64,000 bases of DNA from an uncultured delta proteobacterium (GCA_963816395.1 CAWFKQ010000005.1:160001-224000), one strand, 5' to 3'. Shown: positions 46,057 through 57,217, counted from the stretch's first letter. Numbers and translations: made by a program. Notes: generated by a model not told the origin, from the letters alone.

Positions 46057-46884
46057 TCAGCCTTGATCATTTTGCCGATGGCCGGCCCCAGCGTCATTTC
46101 CGCCCTGATCGGCGCCACCTGACTTGGTCGCTCCGGCATCCGCCCGCCCCCGCTGCAGCAGATCGAGCTGCTTTTCCGTCAGATCGATCAGCTTCCGCGT
46201 TTCCCTGGCTATAATTGCCAGGAAATCGTCCTTCTCCTTCTCCCCGATCTGCCGTGTGCTGCGCAGGTAATAAACCGCCCCGTTAATTGAATTCAGCGGA
46301 TTGCGCCATTCGCGGGAAAGTCGGGGCAGCCATTCCAGCCCGAGCGGAGGCGTGACGGAGCAGTCCCGCAACTGCTCGGCCAGGTGATAATTATCCAAAG
46401 GGACGGCAGCCTCTTCGGCAATCCGACGTGCATGCGCAAAGTCCTGTTCGGAAAACGGCGCCCGTCGCCCCTGCCGCTCAGGGTGAGCAGGCCCAGCAGA
46501 CGGCTGCGGCTAATGATCGGGCAGGCGATAAAGGAAGGGGTGTGCCCCCGGTAACTCCGCCAACTGCCAAACGACCGATCATGTTCGATATAGGGGACGA
46601 AAACCGGACGCCGGCCACTGGCCACCAGCCCGGCAATCCCCTCGCCCATCCGGGTCCGGCAATTGCGGATGATTTCTCGGGGGGATGCCCCGGGCACACA
46701 CAATGTAAAGGTCCTGCTGCGTGCCGTCCTGCAGCCAGAGCGAACCCTTTTCCGCCTGAATCGAAGCAATGGCGAAATCGATCACGATAGGAGGCAAAAG
46801 CCGCCAGATTGTCGATTTCTTTTACCGCATCGGCCAGCTTCTGATGAGGGAGAAGCTGGCTTCCCCTGATTTTACCGTGTTCAA
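46057..46884 (-). CDS. GAF domain plus HisKA-like dimerisation domain, without an HATPase domain; frameshifted, start approximate
   Basis: AEKGSLWL, GEGIAGLVA and SFIACPI..LLGLLTL (GAF); SREWRNPLNSING (H-box-like); stop at 46057. Confidence 0.75.
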
Positions 46885-46934
46885 GAAAGGCTCTCCGCCA
46901 GCGGTAATGAAAAGTGGCACCTCTCTCCTGTTTA

Positions 46935-47017
46935 TGCCAAACCCATGCCAGACTATAACCACTCAATTTTACAAAGGAAATAGAGCCAGAGTCGAAAACC
47001 TGTAAATGACCCCGACA
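46935..47017 (-). promoter_or_regulatory. Enhancer plus sigma54 promoter of the GAF-HisKA gene
   Basis: Minus strand TGTCGGGGTCATTTACA (47017-47001) and TGGCATGGGTTTGGCA (46950-46935, GG-N10-GC). Confidence 0.7.
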
Positions 47018-47172
47018 GAGCGGAGCCATTTCGGTAGGAAAAGCTTTGATCATCTGGAGCGACTTGTCTTGCTGCAGGCGCTTATCGCATGCGCAGTACG
47101 GCGCTTGCCTTTTCCGGATCCGGTGTTAAACATTAATAAAAAAAAATTATCTAACATTAACTGGAGATTGGA

Positions 47173-48291
47173 ATGGGGAAGAAAGTCCTTATCACCGGCG
47201 GTGCCGGTTTCATCGGTTCCCACCTGGCTGACGAACTGCTTGCGGCCGGCCACCAGGTGCGGGTGCTTGATAATCTTGCCGAGCAGGTGCATGGCTCCGA
47301 GCGCCGCCGTCCTGCTTATTTGCCGCCCGAGGTCGAACTGCAGATCGATGACATTCGCGACCGGGGCGCGCTGGAAAAGGCCTTAAAAGGAATCGAGGTA
47401 ATCTTTCACCTCGCCGCTCAGGTGGGAGTCGGCCAGAGCATGTATCGGGTCCGCGACTATGTGGAGGTCAACGACCTGGGGACCGCCAACCTTCTGCAAT
47501 TGCTCGTCGACCGTCCGGTGGAACGACTGGTGGTGGCCTCCTCCATGAGCATTTACGGCGAGGGTCTTTACCTGGATTCCGAGGGAACTCTCGTGGAGGA
47601 CCGCGACCGGGAACTGCCCCAACTGCAGCAGGGTCTATGGGAGCTGCGGGGCGCGGACGGCCGCAACCTCACCCCGCTGCCAACCCCGGAGCAGAAGCGC
47701 CCGGCACTCGCCTCCATCTATGCGCTGACCAAATATGTCCAGGAACGCCAGTGTCTGCTGATCGGCCAGGCCTACAACCTGCCGACAGTCGCCCTGCGGT
47801 TTTTCAACGCCTACGGCCCCCGTCAGTCGCTCTCCAACCCGTATACCGGCGTCCTGGCGATCTTCGCCTCCCGGATGCTGAACGGCAATCGGCCGATCAT
47901 CTTCGAGGACGGCCTGCAGAAACGGGATTTCGTCCACGTCAGCGATGTCGCCCGAGGCTGCCGGTTGGCCATGGAAACCCCTGGTCTGGCCGGTCGGGTG
48001 TTCAATATCGGCAGCGGCAGCAGCTATACCGTTCGGCACGTCGCCCTTCGCCTGGCGGAAATCCTCGGTCGGCCGGATCTGCTGCCGGAAATCACCGGCC
48101 GCTTCCGCGTCGGTGATATCCGCCACTGCTTCGCTGACATCCTCCTGGCCCGCGAGATGCTCGGTTACCGTCCGCGAGTGGTCCTGGAAGACGGTCTGGT
48201 CGAACTGGCGGAATGGCTTACCGATCAGGAGGCGGCCGATAATTACGAGACCGCCAGACACGAACTCAGCTGTCGGGGTCTGACCGTATGA
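47173..48291 (+). CDS. NAD-dependent epimerase/dehydratase
   Basis: [19 protein letters not shown] and GDIRH. Confidence 0.92.
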   Translation: MGKKVLITGGAGFIGSHLADELLAAGHQVRVLDNLAEQVHGSERRRPAYLPPEVELQIDDIRDRGALEKALKGIEVIFHLAAQVGVGQSMYRVRDYVEVNDLGTANLLQLLVDRPVERLVVASSMSIYGEGLYLDSEGTLVEDRDRELPQLQQGLWELRGADGRNLTPLPTPEQKRPALASIYALTKYVQERQCLLIGQAYNLPTVALRFFNAYGPRQSLSNPYTGVLAIFASRMLNGNRPIIFEDGLQKRDFVHVSDVARGCRLAMETPGLAGRVFNIGSGSSYTVRHVALRLAEILGRPDLLPEITGRFRVGDIRHCFADILLAREMLGYRPRVVLEDGLVELAEWLTDQEAADNYETARHELSCRGLTV

Positions 48292-49352
48292 GCGGCCGGA
48301 CAGGCCGGCCGGTGGCAATCACCGGCGGCGCCGGCTTCATCGGCACCAATCTGGCCGACCGGCTGGCCAGGACAGGGCAGCCGGTGCTGGTCTTCGATAA
48401 TCTGAGTCGGCCTGGGGTCGAACACAATCTCGCTTGGCTGCGGGCCGCGCACGGCGACCTGATAACGGTCGAGACCGCCGACATACGCAATCCCCTGGCG
48501 GTCCGCCGGGTCCTCGCCGAGGTCTCGGCGGTCTACCATTTCGCGGCCCAGGTAGCGGTCACCACCAGCCTGGCCGACCCGGCGGAAGATTTCGAGATCA
48601 ATGCCAGAGGGACTCTCAACGTTCTGGAAGCCCTGCGCGCCCTCGCCGCCCCTCCGCCCCTGGTCTTCACCTCCACCAACAAGGTTTACGGTCAGTTGGA
48701 GGGGCTCGAACTGCGCGAGGAAACCGAACACTACCGGCCGGTGCAGCCGGCCGTTCATGCGGCCGGCATCGGCGAGAAGCAGCCGCTTGATTTCTACAGT
48801 CCTTATGGCTGTTCCAAAGGCACCGCCGACCAGTATGTGCGCGATTATGCCCGCATTTACGGCCTGCCGACGGTGGTCTTCCGCATGAGCTGCATCTACG
48901 GCCCCCACCAGTGCGGCAGCGAGGACCAGGGATGGGTGGCCCATTTTCTCCTTCAGTCCCTGCGCCAGGAGACCATCACCATCTACGGCAATGGCAAGCA
49001 GGTACGCGACATCCTCTTTGTCGAAGATCTGGTGGAGGCGCTGCTGCTGGCCGCCCGCCACACCGACCGGCTGCGCGGGCAGGTTTTCAATATCGGCGGC
49101 GGCCCGGCCAATGCGGTGAGCCTGCTGGAGGTACTGGCCCGCATTGGCGATCTGGAGGGGCGGCAACCAGCAGTCCGGTTGGCCGCATTACGCCCCGGCG
49201 ACCAGATGTATTATGTCTCCGATACCGGTCGCTTCGCCCGGCTGACCGGTTGGCGCCCGACCGTGACTGCCGACGAGGGGATAGCCCGGTTGCACGCCTG
49301 GTTGCGGGAAAACCGGCGTCTGCCCTCCAGGTCGCGGAGAGCGGTGTCGTGA
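48288..49352 (+). CDS. NAD-dependent epimerase (CDP-paratose 2-epimerase/RfbE-like)
   Basis: GGAGFIG, AQVAVTTS, STNKVYG, SPYGCSK and EDQGWVA. Confidence 0.9.
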   Translation: MSGRTGRPVAITGGAGFIGTNLADRLARTGQPVLVFDNLSRPGVEHNLAWLRAAHGDLITVETADIRNPLAVRRVLAEVSAVYHFAAQVAVTTSLADPAEDFEINARGTLNVLEALRALAAPPPLVFTSTNKVYGQLEGLELREETEHYRPVQPAVHAAGIGEKQPLDFYSPYGCSKGTADQYVRDYARIYGLPTVVFRMSCIYGPHQCGSEDQGWVAHFLLQSLRQETITIYGNGKQVRDILFVEDLVEALLLAARHTDRLRGQVFNIGGGPANAVSLLEVLARIGDLEGRQPAVRLAALRPGDQMYYVSDTGRFARLTGWRPTVTADEGIARLHAWLRENRRLPSRSRRAVS

Positions 49353-50644
49353 AATTCGCCCTGGTCAATCCCAACTGGACCTATCGGGGCAGCATATTTT
49401 TCGGCTGCCCTGAGCCGCATTTGCCGATCGAGTTCGGTTATGCCAGAGCGCTGCTGAACCAGTGCCGGGCACCAGGCGGAGATTGTCGATGCCCACCTGT
49501 GCGATCTGACCCCGGCGCAGGTGCAGAGCCGGGTGGCCAGTCTGCGCCCTGATTTTACCGTGCTCGCCACCGCCCCCACCTATCTGTTCTGGCGTTGTCC
49601 CCCGCCCGAGCTGCGCCTGCCGCGGGCCATGGCCGGGCTGCTGCGGGAAGTTGGCGGCCTGCTGCTGGCGGTCGGCCCGCACGCCTCCACCACCCCTGGC
49701 GCCACCCTGGACAAGCTCGGAGTCGATGCCGTCATCCGCGGCGAGTTCGAGGAAATCCTTCCGCGCTTCGCCGATCCGAACTGGCGCCGTATTCCGGCCA
49801 TCGCCTACCGTTCCGGCGATGAACTTGCAGGTGCAGGGCGAACCCTGGCGGGCGGCGCTGCAGGATCTGCCGGCGCTTGCCTGGCCCGACGAGTGGATCG
49901 GCCGCCATCGCCACCAGCACCACCGCTTCGATGGCCAACCGCTGGGTCCTGGAGCGGAGATCGAGGCCTCCCGCGGCTGCCCCTACCGCTGTACCTTCTG
50001 CGCCAAGGAAAATTTCCGCGGTGTTTACCGCCGGCGGCCTCTGGCGATCGTCCTGCGGGAAATCGATGGTCTGCTCCGCCAGGGGGTGGAATACCTCTAT
50101 TTCATCGACGAGATTTTTCTCCCGGATGCCCCCTTGCTAGGCGCACTGAACGAGCGCCGGCTGAAATTCGGCATTCAGACCCGCATCGACCTGTGGCGGC
50201 CGGAAATGCTCGAACTGCTCGGCCGGGCCGGCTGCGTCTCGATCGAGGCCGGGGTGGAAAGTCTCTCCATCGAGGGCCGGCGCCGGCTGGCAAAACCGTG
50301 CCGCCTGACGAACGAGGAAATTGCCGGGCGTCTGGTCCTGGCCAAAGCGCACGTCCCCTTTGTCCAGGCCAACCTGCTGCTGACCGAGTTCGACGATCCG
50401 GCCGCCGTCGCCGCCTGGCGGGAGCAGCCTCATTGCCGCCGGTGTCTGGGCCAACGACCCGGTGCCCCTCTTCCCTTTCCCCGGCTCGCCAGCCTACCGG
50501 CAGCGCTGGGGAGCCCCGGACGATCTGGCCTGGGAGCGGGCGCACGCCTGGTATCTGGGCCACCATGCCGTCTTCAGTGAGCTGCAGGATTGCCAGCCGC
50601 TGCCCCTGGAGGAACTCGACCGGGCCGGAGGGTTCCATGGCTGA
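49349..50644 (+). CDS. B12-binding domain/radical SAM protein (TIGR04295-like), frameshifted
   Basis: KFALVNPNW..SIFFGC.EPHLP; TAPTYLFWRCPPPELR; SRGCPYRCTFC; FIDEIF; PLFPFPGSP. Confidence 0.85.
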
Positions 50645-51785
50645 AGGGCGCCGGGGCCTGCGGGTACTGATGACCGCCGATACCCTGGGCGGCATCTGGG
50701 ATTATGCCCTGGAACTGGCGGCGCAGCTCGCCGGCAACGAGGTCGATATCGTGCTGGCCACCATGGGCCGTTTACCCACCGCTGATCAAAGGCGGGCGGC
50801 CGCCGCCATCCCCGACCTGGTGCTGCAGGAGAGCCCGTTCAAGCTGGAATGGATGCCGGATGCCGGGGATGACCCGCTGCGCGCCGGAGAATGGCTGCTG
50901 CAGCTGGAGCGGCGGTTCGCTCCCGACCTCGTGCATCTGAACGGCTATGTTCATGCCGGCCTCCCCTGGCGCGCCCCTTGCCTGGCGGTGGCGCACTCCT
51001 GCGTGCTTTCCTGGTGGCTGGCGGTCAAAGGGGAACCGGCGCCCGATGAGTGGCAGGGCTATGCCGCCGGAGTACAGAGGGGCCTTTCCCAGGCCTCGGC
51101 GGTGGTCGCACCCACCGGCGCCCTGCTGCACTCCCTGGAGGGACTCTACGGCCGACTGCCGCATGCCTCCGTCATCTGGAACGGTCGCTGTCCGCAGCGT
51201 TACCGCCCCGGCATCAAGGGAAGTTTCATCTTCAGTGCCGGCCGCCTGTGGGATGAGGCGAAAAACCTGCGGGCGCTGACGGCGGTCGCCGCCGATCTCC
51301 AGTGGCCGGTCATCGCCGCCGGCGAATGGCGTCACCCGAACGGCGGCGGCGAACTCCCCGCGCCAGTCGAATACCTCGGTACACTGTCGGCGGCGGAAAT
51401 GACCGGCTGGCTCAGCCGGGCGCCGATTTACGCCCTGCCGGCTCTCTACGAGCCGTTCGGGCTGAGCGTGCTGGAAGCCGCTCTCTCCGGCTGCGCTCTG
51501 GTGCTCGGCGACATCCCGAGCTTGCGCGAGTTGTGGGACGGCGCCGCCCTGTTCGTCCCGCCGGATGACCACAGCCGGCTGCGGATCGCCCTGCAGGCAC
51601 TGATCGACGATCAGACGCTGCGCCTCGCTCTCAGCCGCGCCGCCCGGGAACGGTCCTACCGCTACGGCGCCGAACGGATGACCGCAGCCTACCTGTCTCT
51701 CTACTGCGACCTGCTGCACCTGCGGCCGGCGCTTCGCACCGGCAGGCGCCTCGGCGGCCAACCGGCACCGCCGGCTAAAACCTGA
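50637..51785 (+). CDS. Glycosyltransferase family 4
   Basis: LMTADTLGGIW, HSCVLSWW, GRLWDEAKN and YEPFGLSVLEAA. Confidence 0.9.
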   Translation: MAEGRRGLRVLMTADTLGGIWDYALELAAQLAGNEVDIVLATMGRLPTADQRRAAAAIPDLVLQESPFKLEWMPDAGDDPLRAGEWLLQLERRFAPDLVHLNGYVHAGLPWRAPCLAVAHSCVLSWWLAVKGEPAPDEWQGYAAGVQRGLSQASAVVAPTGALLHSLEGLYGRLPHASVIWNGRCPQRYRPGIKGSFIFSAGRLWDEAKNLRALTAVAADLQWPVIAAGEWRHPNGGGELPAPVEYLGTLSAAEMTGWLSRAPIYALPALYEPFGLSVLEAALSGCALVLGDIPSLRELWDGAALFVPPDDHSRLRIALQALIDDQTLRLALSRAARERSYRYGAERMTAAYLSLYCDLLHLRPALRTGRRLGGQPAPPAKT

Positions 51786-51799
51786 GAAAGGAAAGCTGC

Positions 51800-52931
51800 A
51801 TGCGCTTTGTATTCTTCTACCATTCCCTGCTTTCCGACTGGAACAACGGTAATGCCCACTTTCTGCGCGGCCTGGTGCGCCAGTTGGCCGCGCGGGGACA
51901 TACCCCCGTGGTGTACGAACCGGCGGACGGCTGGAGTCGCGCCAATCTCCGGGCGCAGGAGGGGGCGGCAGCCGAGGCTGGATTTTCCGCTGCCTTTCCC
52001 GGCATGAAATCGTTCTGCTACCAGCCCGCCGGACTCGACCTCGATCGGGTCCTGGACGGGGCGCAGGTCGTCCTGGTACACGAATGGAACGACCCGGAAC
52101 TGGTGGCCCGAATCGGCCGCCACCGCGCCGGAAGCGGTAATTATCTCCTCTTCTTCCACGATACCCATCACCGGTCGATGACTCTGCCGGAGACGATGGC
52201 CCGCTACGATCTGGACGGTTATGACGGCGTGCTCGCCTTTGGCGAGGTGATCCGCGAGATCTACCTGCGGCGGGGCTGGAGCAAGCGGGCCTGGACCTGG
52301 CATGAGGCTGCCGACACCGCGCTTTTCCGTCCTCTCGCAGACCGCCCCAGGCGGGGGGATGTGGTTTGGATCGGCAACTGGGGGGACGATGAGAGAGCTG
52401 CCGAACTGCAGGAATTTCTCCTCGATCCGGTGCGCGTCCTGGGACTGAGCGCCCGCATTTATGGCGTTCGCTATCCGCAGACCGCACTTGCCGCCGTTCG
52501 AAGGGCCGGCTTCGGCTACGGCGGCTGGCTGCCCAATTATCAGGTGCCGGAGGTCTTCGCCAGTTATCGGGCCACCATCCATGTGCCGCGCCGTCCTTAC
52601 GTGGAAAGCCTGCCCGGGATTCCCACCATCCGGGTTTTCGAGGCGCTCGCCTGCGGCATTCCCCTGCTCTGCTCCCCCTGGGAGGATGCCGAGGGGCTGT
52701 TCCGACCGGGGACCGACTACCTGGTGGCGAAAAACCGGGCCGGCATGATCGATCTGCTGCAGCCAGGTGCTGCATGACCGCACGCTGGCTGCCTCGCTGG
52801 CCAGAAACGGGCTGGAGACTATCCGCCGCCGGCACACCTGCCGGCACCGGATGGATGAGTTGCTGGCCATCTGTGCCGAACTGGGGGTCGCCGAAGAGCG
52901 GCCGGCCAGCAAAACGATGGAGGTGGCCTGA
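51800..52931 (+). CDS. CgeB-family glycosyltransferase, C-terminal frameshift
   Basis: SDWNNGNAHFLRG, HDTHHR and PTIRVFEALACG. Confidence 0.88.
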
Positions 52932-54015
52932 TGCGGATCGCCTTTTTTGGATCCAGCCTGGTATCGGCCTACTGGAACGGGGCCGCCACCTATTACCGGG
53001 GGATCATCCGGGCTCTGGCCGAGCGCGGGTATCGACATCACCTTCTATGAACCGGACGCCTTCGACCGCCAGCGCCATCGTGATCTGGCCGATCCGCCCT
53101 GGGCGCGGGTGGTGGTTTATCCGGCCGATGAGACCGGCGTCTATCGCTGTCTGGAGGCGGCACGCGGCGCCGACGTCGTCGTCAAGGCAAGCGGCGTCGG
53201 GGTGTTCGACAGTTTGCTGGAAGCGGGCGTCCTCGACCTGCGGGGGCCGGGGACCCGCATCATCTACTGGGACGTCGATGCCCCGGCCACCCTCGACCGC
53301 CTGGCGCAGAACCCGGACGATCCGCTGCGTCGTCTCCTGCCGCAGTTCGACCTGGTTCTTACCTATGGCGGGGGGGAGCCGGTTGTGCAGGCTTTCCGGA
53401 CACTGGGGGTGCGAAACCTGCATTCCCGTTTACAACGCCCTCGATACCTCCACCCACTTCCCGGTGCCCCGACAGGCGCGCTTTGCCGCCGATCTCGCGT
53501 TCCTCGGCAACCGTCTTCCCGACCGGGAGGCGCGGGTGGAAGAATTCTTCCTCGCGGCAGCCGCGTTCCGGCCGCAGCGCCGCTTCCTGCTTGGCGGCAA
53601 CGGCTGGGGGGATAAGCCGCTGCCGGCCAATGTTCGCTACCTCGGGCATGTCTACACCGCCGACCACAATGCGCTGAACTCCTCGGCCCTGGCCGTCCTC
53701 AACATCAATCGCGAGAGCATGGCGCGCTACGGCTTCTCGCCGCCGACCCGGGTATTCGAGGCGGCCGGTGCGGGAGCCTGCCTGCTTACCGATGCCTGGC
53801 AGGGAATCGGGCAGTTCCTGGAACCCGGGCGGGAGGTCCTCATTGCCGCTGACGGCGCCGAAGTGGCGGCCCATCTCGACGCCCTCACCCCGGAACGCGC
53901 CGCCGCCATCGGTCGGGCGGCCCTGCGCCGGGTGCGGGCGGAGCACACCTACGCTCACCGCGCGGCGCTGGTCGACAGTCTGCTGCGCGACGGAAGGCAG
54001 GAGGTGCGGGCATGA
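52931..54015 (+). CDS. CgeB-family glycosyltransferase, frameshifted
   Basis: MRIAFFGSSLVSAYWNGAATYYRG, GNRLPDRE, SPPTRVFEAAG and HTYAHR. Confidence 0.88.
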
Positions 54016-55111
54016 GCGGCTGTTCGATCGTCATCCTCGGGCTGTCGATCACCTCTTCCTGGGGCAACGGACACGCCACCACCTATCGCGGGCTGGTACG
54101 CGAACTGGCCCGGCGCGGCCACGAGCTGATCTTCCTCGAGCGGGATGTCCCCTGGTACGCCGCCCACCGTGATCAGGCGGCGCCGCCCGGCGCCCGCACC
54201 CATGCTTTATGCCTCCCGGGAGGAGCTGCGCGAGCGTTTCACCGCTGTCGTCAGCGGCGCCGACCTGGTGATCGTCGGCTCCTATGTCCCCGAAGGGACG
54301 GCGGTAGCCGCCTGGGTCCTGGAGACCGCCCGGGGAGTGACCGCCTTCTATGACATCGATACCCCGATCACCCTGGCCAAGCTGGCCATCGGGGACACCG
54401 AGTACCTCTCGGCCGAGCTTATCCCGCACTTCGACCTTTATCTGAGCTTTACCGGCGGTCCCACCCTGCTTCGGCTGGAACAGGATTTCGGCGCCCGGCG
54501 CGCCCTTCCCCTGTACTGCTCGGTAGACCCCGCGCAGTATTTTCCGACGGTGGCGGCAAGCGACTGGGACCTCGGCTATCTCGGCACCTACAGTCCCGAT
54601 CGCCAGGCGGGTCTGGAAAATTTGCTGCTCGACCCAGCCCGTCTGTGGCCGGCCGGGCGCTTCGTTGTCGCCGGCCCCCAGTTCCCGGCGAACCTCGCCT
54701 GGCCGTCGAACGTCAGCCGCATTGATCACCTTCCCCCCGACCGCCACCGGGACTTCTACAACGCCCAGCGCTTCACCCTCAACCTGACCCGCGCCGATAT
54801 GCGCCGTGCCGGCTGGTCGCCGAGCGTGCGCCTGTTCGAGGCGGCGGCTTGCGGTATTCCGATCATCAGCGACTGGTGGGAAGGGCTGGACAGCCTGTTT
54901 GAACCGGGGCGGGAGATCCTCATCGCCCGCACGGCGGCGGAGGTGGAATTTTTCCTGCGGCAGATGCCGGAAGAGGAACGGCGGGAAATCGGCGCTGCCG
55001 GGCCGCCGGAGTATCCTCCGCAACCATACCGCCGGGCACCGGGCAGCAGAGTTGGAGGGTTATCTGGCACAGTGCCGCGCGGCAGCCCCGCCCGTCGCCG
55101 CCAGAGTCTGA
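54012..55111 (+). CDS. CgeB-family glycosyltransferase, frameshifted
   Basis: [23 protein letters not shown] and [13 protein letters not shown]. Confidence 0.88.
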
Positions 55112-55166
55112 AGCCGCTGCAGTTGGCCACCGGCAGAGGACTATTCAACAACCAAGGAGGCAGTCC

Positions 55167-56246
55167 ATGCCATCCGTCCATCCGCAGATGATCGCCCAGG
55201 GAAAAGGGTCGGCCCAGCGGACCGGCTCGGTACCGGCGGGAAGGGTTCTGGTCACCGGCGGCGCCGGCTTCATCGGCTCCCACTTGTGCGAACGCCTACT
55301 GGCCGACGGACACGAGGTGATCTGTGTGGACAATTTCTCCACCGGCTCACCCGCCAATATTGCCCATCTGCTCACCAACCGCAGGTTCCGCCTGATCGAG
55401 CACGACATGGTCAAGTCATTGCACCTGGAGGTGGAGCAGATCTATAATCTTGCCTGCCCGGCCTCTCCCGTCCATTACCAACGCGATCCGATCCGTACCA
55501 CGACCACCAGCGTACTAGGCGCACTGAATGCGCTGGAACTGGCCCGTCGGCTGGGAGTTCCGGTTCTGCAGACTTCCACCAGCGAAGTGTACGGCGACCC
55601 GGCCGTGCATCCGCAAACGGAAGAGTACTGGGGCCATGTCAACCCGATCGGGCAGCGCTCCTGCTATGACGAGGGGAAACGCTGCGCCGAATCGCTCTTC
55701 TTCGACTATCATCGGCAGCACGGTGTAGATATCAAGGTTTGCCGCCTGTTCAATACGTATGGGCCGCACATGCACCCGGCCGACGGCCGGGTGGTCTCCA
55801 ACTTTCTCGTGCAGGCCCTGTGCAATGAGCCGATCACGGTCTTTGGTCGGGGATCGCAGACCCGCTCCTTCTGCTATATCGACGATATGGTGGAAGCCTT
55901 GATCAGAATGATGTCGTCTGCGCCCGGGTTCTGCGGGCCGGTAAATCTGGGCAACCCGGAAGAGTTCACTATCCTCGAACTGGTCGAGAAGGTTCTGGAA
56001 GTGACCGGTTCGGAATCGCAAACGGTTTTCCAGCCGCTCCCCCAGGATGATCCCCGGCAACGTCGGCCGGACATTGGCCTGGCCCGACGGGTTCTCGGCT
56101 GGCAGCCGACGACCAGGCTGCGGGAAGGACTGGTTCTGACTGCCGCTTATTTCGAGGAGCGCCTGCACCAGACGACGAAGGGAAAACTGCCGATCAGCAG
56201 CTCCGCCCCGTTCGTGGCATCTGAAACAAACCCGCTCGGCGGCTGA
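55167..56246 (+). CDS. UDP-glucuronate decarboxylase (UDP-xylose synthase) family protein
   Basis: [37 protein letters not shown] and DDP..RRPDI. Confidence 0.93.
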   Translation: MPSVHPQMIAQGKGSAQRTGSVPAGRVLVTGGAGFIGSHLCERLLADGHEVICVDNFSTGSPANIAHLLTNRRFRLIEHDMVKSLHLEVEQIYNLACPASPVHYQRDPIRTTTTSVLGALNALELARRLGVPVLQTSTSEVYGDPAVHPQTEEYWGHVNPIGQRSCYDEGKRCAESLFFDYHRQHGVDIKVCRLFNTYGPHMHPADGRVVSNFLVQALCNEPITVFGRGSQTRSFCYIDDMVEALIRMMSSAPGFCGPVNLGNPEEFTILELVEKVLEVTGSESQTVFQPLPQDDPRQRRPDIGLARRVLGWQPTTRLREGLVLTAAYFEERLHQTTKGKLPISSSAPFVASETNPLGG

Positions 56247-56256
56247 AGGAGGCGAG

Positions 56257-56685
56257 ATGACAAGGCTGTTGTTCCTGCTGATACTCCTGCTGCCACTGGT
56301 TGCCTGTGAAAGGCAGGAAAAAGATACGACGCCGAAGACCTCGGCCGGACAGGCGGCCGTGGAGAAAGGTACCGCAGGGCGGACAGGGCAGAAGCAGGGC
56401 GGAGAGGAAAAAGTTCCCTACCCTATCGATCTGCAGCAGGGTGAGAAAGTTTACCGGGAAGTTTGCGCCACCTGCCACCGCGAAGGGATCGCCGGCGCGC
56501 CGAAGATGGGGGACAAAGAGGCCTGGCAGCCGCGCATCGCCAAGGGGCTCCCGACGCTGGTGGAAAATTCGATCAACGGTTACCAGGGAAACCAGGGCGT
56601 GATGCCGCCGAAGGGAGGGGCAAAAAGTCTCAGCAACCAGCAGGTCGCCTCGGCGGTCGCCTACATCGTCCGGCAGAACCGATGA
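56257..56685 (+). CDS. Monoheme cytochrome c5-family lipoprotein
   Basis: Lipobox LVAC, CATCH, GAPK.GDK.AW and MPPKGG. Confidence 0.9.
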   Translation: MTRLLFLLILLLPLVACERQEKDTTPKTSAGQAAVEKGTAGRTGQKQGGEEKVPYPIDLQQGEKVYREVCATCHREGIAGAPKMGDKEAWQPRIAKGLPTLVENSINGYQGNQGVMPPKGGAKSLSNQQVASAVAYIVRQNR

Positions 56686-56697
56686 AGGGCCGCAGGA

Positions 56698-56780
56698 ATA
56701 GTGAGGTAGTGAGGACTCTTGCTACCTCACTGCTTCTTGGTATCTACTATCTCCCTGTCTCACTACTTGCTACCTCACTG
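56698..56780. repeat. Intergenic octamer (GTGAGRTA) inverted-repeat element, copy A
   Basis: tagtgaggtagtgag on the left and ctacctcact/ctatctc units on the right; ends in tcactacttgctacctcactg. Confidence 0.8.
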
Positions 56781-56804
56781 CTCTTTTGAAGGAGAAACCC
56801 GCCC

Positions 56805-57098
56805 GTGCCGACTCTCACCGGGAAACAGCTTCGTTACCTGCGCGGCCTTGGACATCACCTGACGCCGGTTGTCCGCGTAGGCAAGGAGCAGATCAGTGAA
56901 AACGTGCTCCGATCCACCGAAGAGGCCCTGGAGGCCCATGAATTGATCAAAGTGAAGGTGCAGGAGGGTTGCGATCTGGATCGCCGGGAAGTGGCGGTCT
57001 CTCTAGCCGACCGGACCGGCGCTTCGGTGGTGCAGATTCTCGGCGGCACCATCCTGCTTTACCGCCCGAGTGACCAGAACAAAATCCAATTTCAATAG
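56805..57098 (+). CDS. yhbY: Ribosome assembly RNA-binding protein (CRM domain)
   Basis: LTGKQLRYLRGLGHHL.P, HELIKVK and Q..G...LLYR. Confidence 0.93.
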   Translation: MPTLTGKQLRYLRGLGHHLTPVVRVGKEQISENVLRSTEEALEAHELIKVKVQEGCDLDRREVAVSLADRTGASVVQILGGTILLYRPSDQNKIQFQ

Positions 57099-57099
57099 G

Positions 57100-57201
57100 G
57101 AGATAGCGAGATAGTCAGGTAGTGAGACAGAAAAAAACTCCTGCTCATGCACCATTTTTCTGGTTTACTATCTCTCTATCTCACTACTTGCTACCTCACT
57201 G
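57100..57201. repeat. Intergenic octamer inverted-repeat element, copy B
   Basis: gagatagcgagatagtcaggtagtgagacag ... actatctctctatctcactacttgctacctcactg. Confidence 0.8.
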
Positions 57202-57217
57202 ATTTTCTGACTTCAGC

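Noticed and set aside
49521..51785. 754-aa radical SAM-glycosyltransferase fusion suggested by the ORF track
   Set aside because: The middle of the ORF is out-of-frame sequence. The radical SAM gene ends at 50644 and the GT has its own ATG at 50637.
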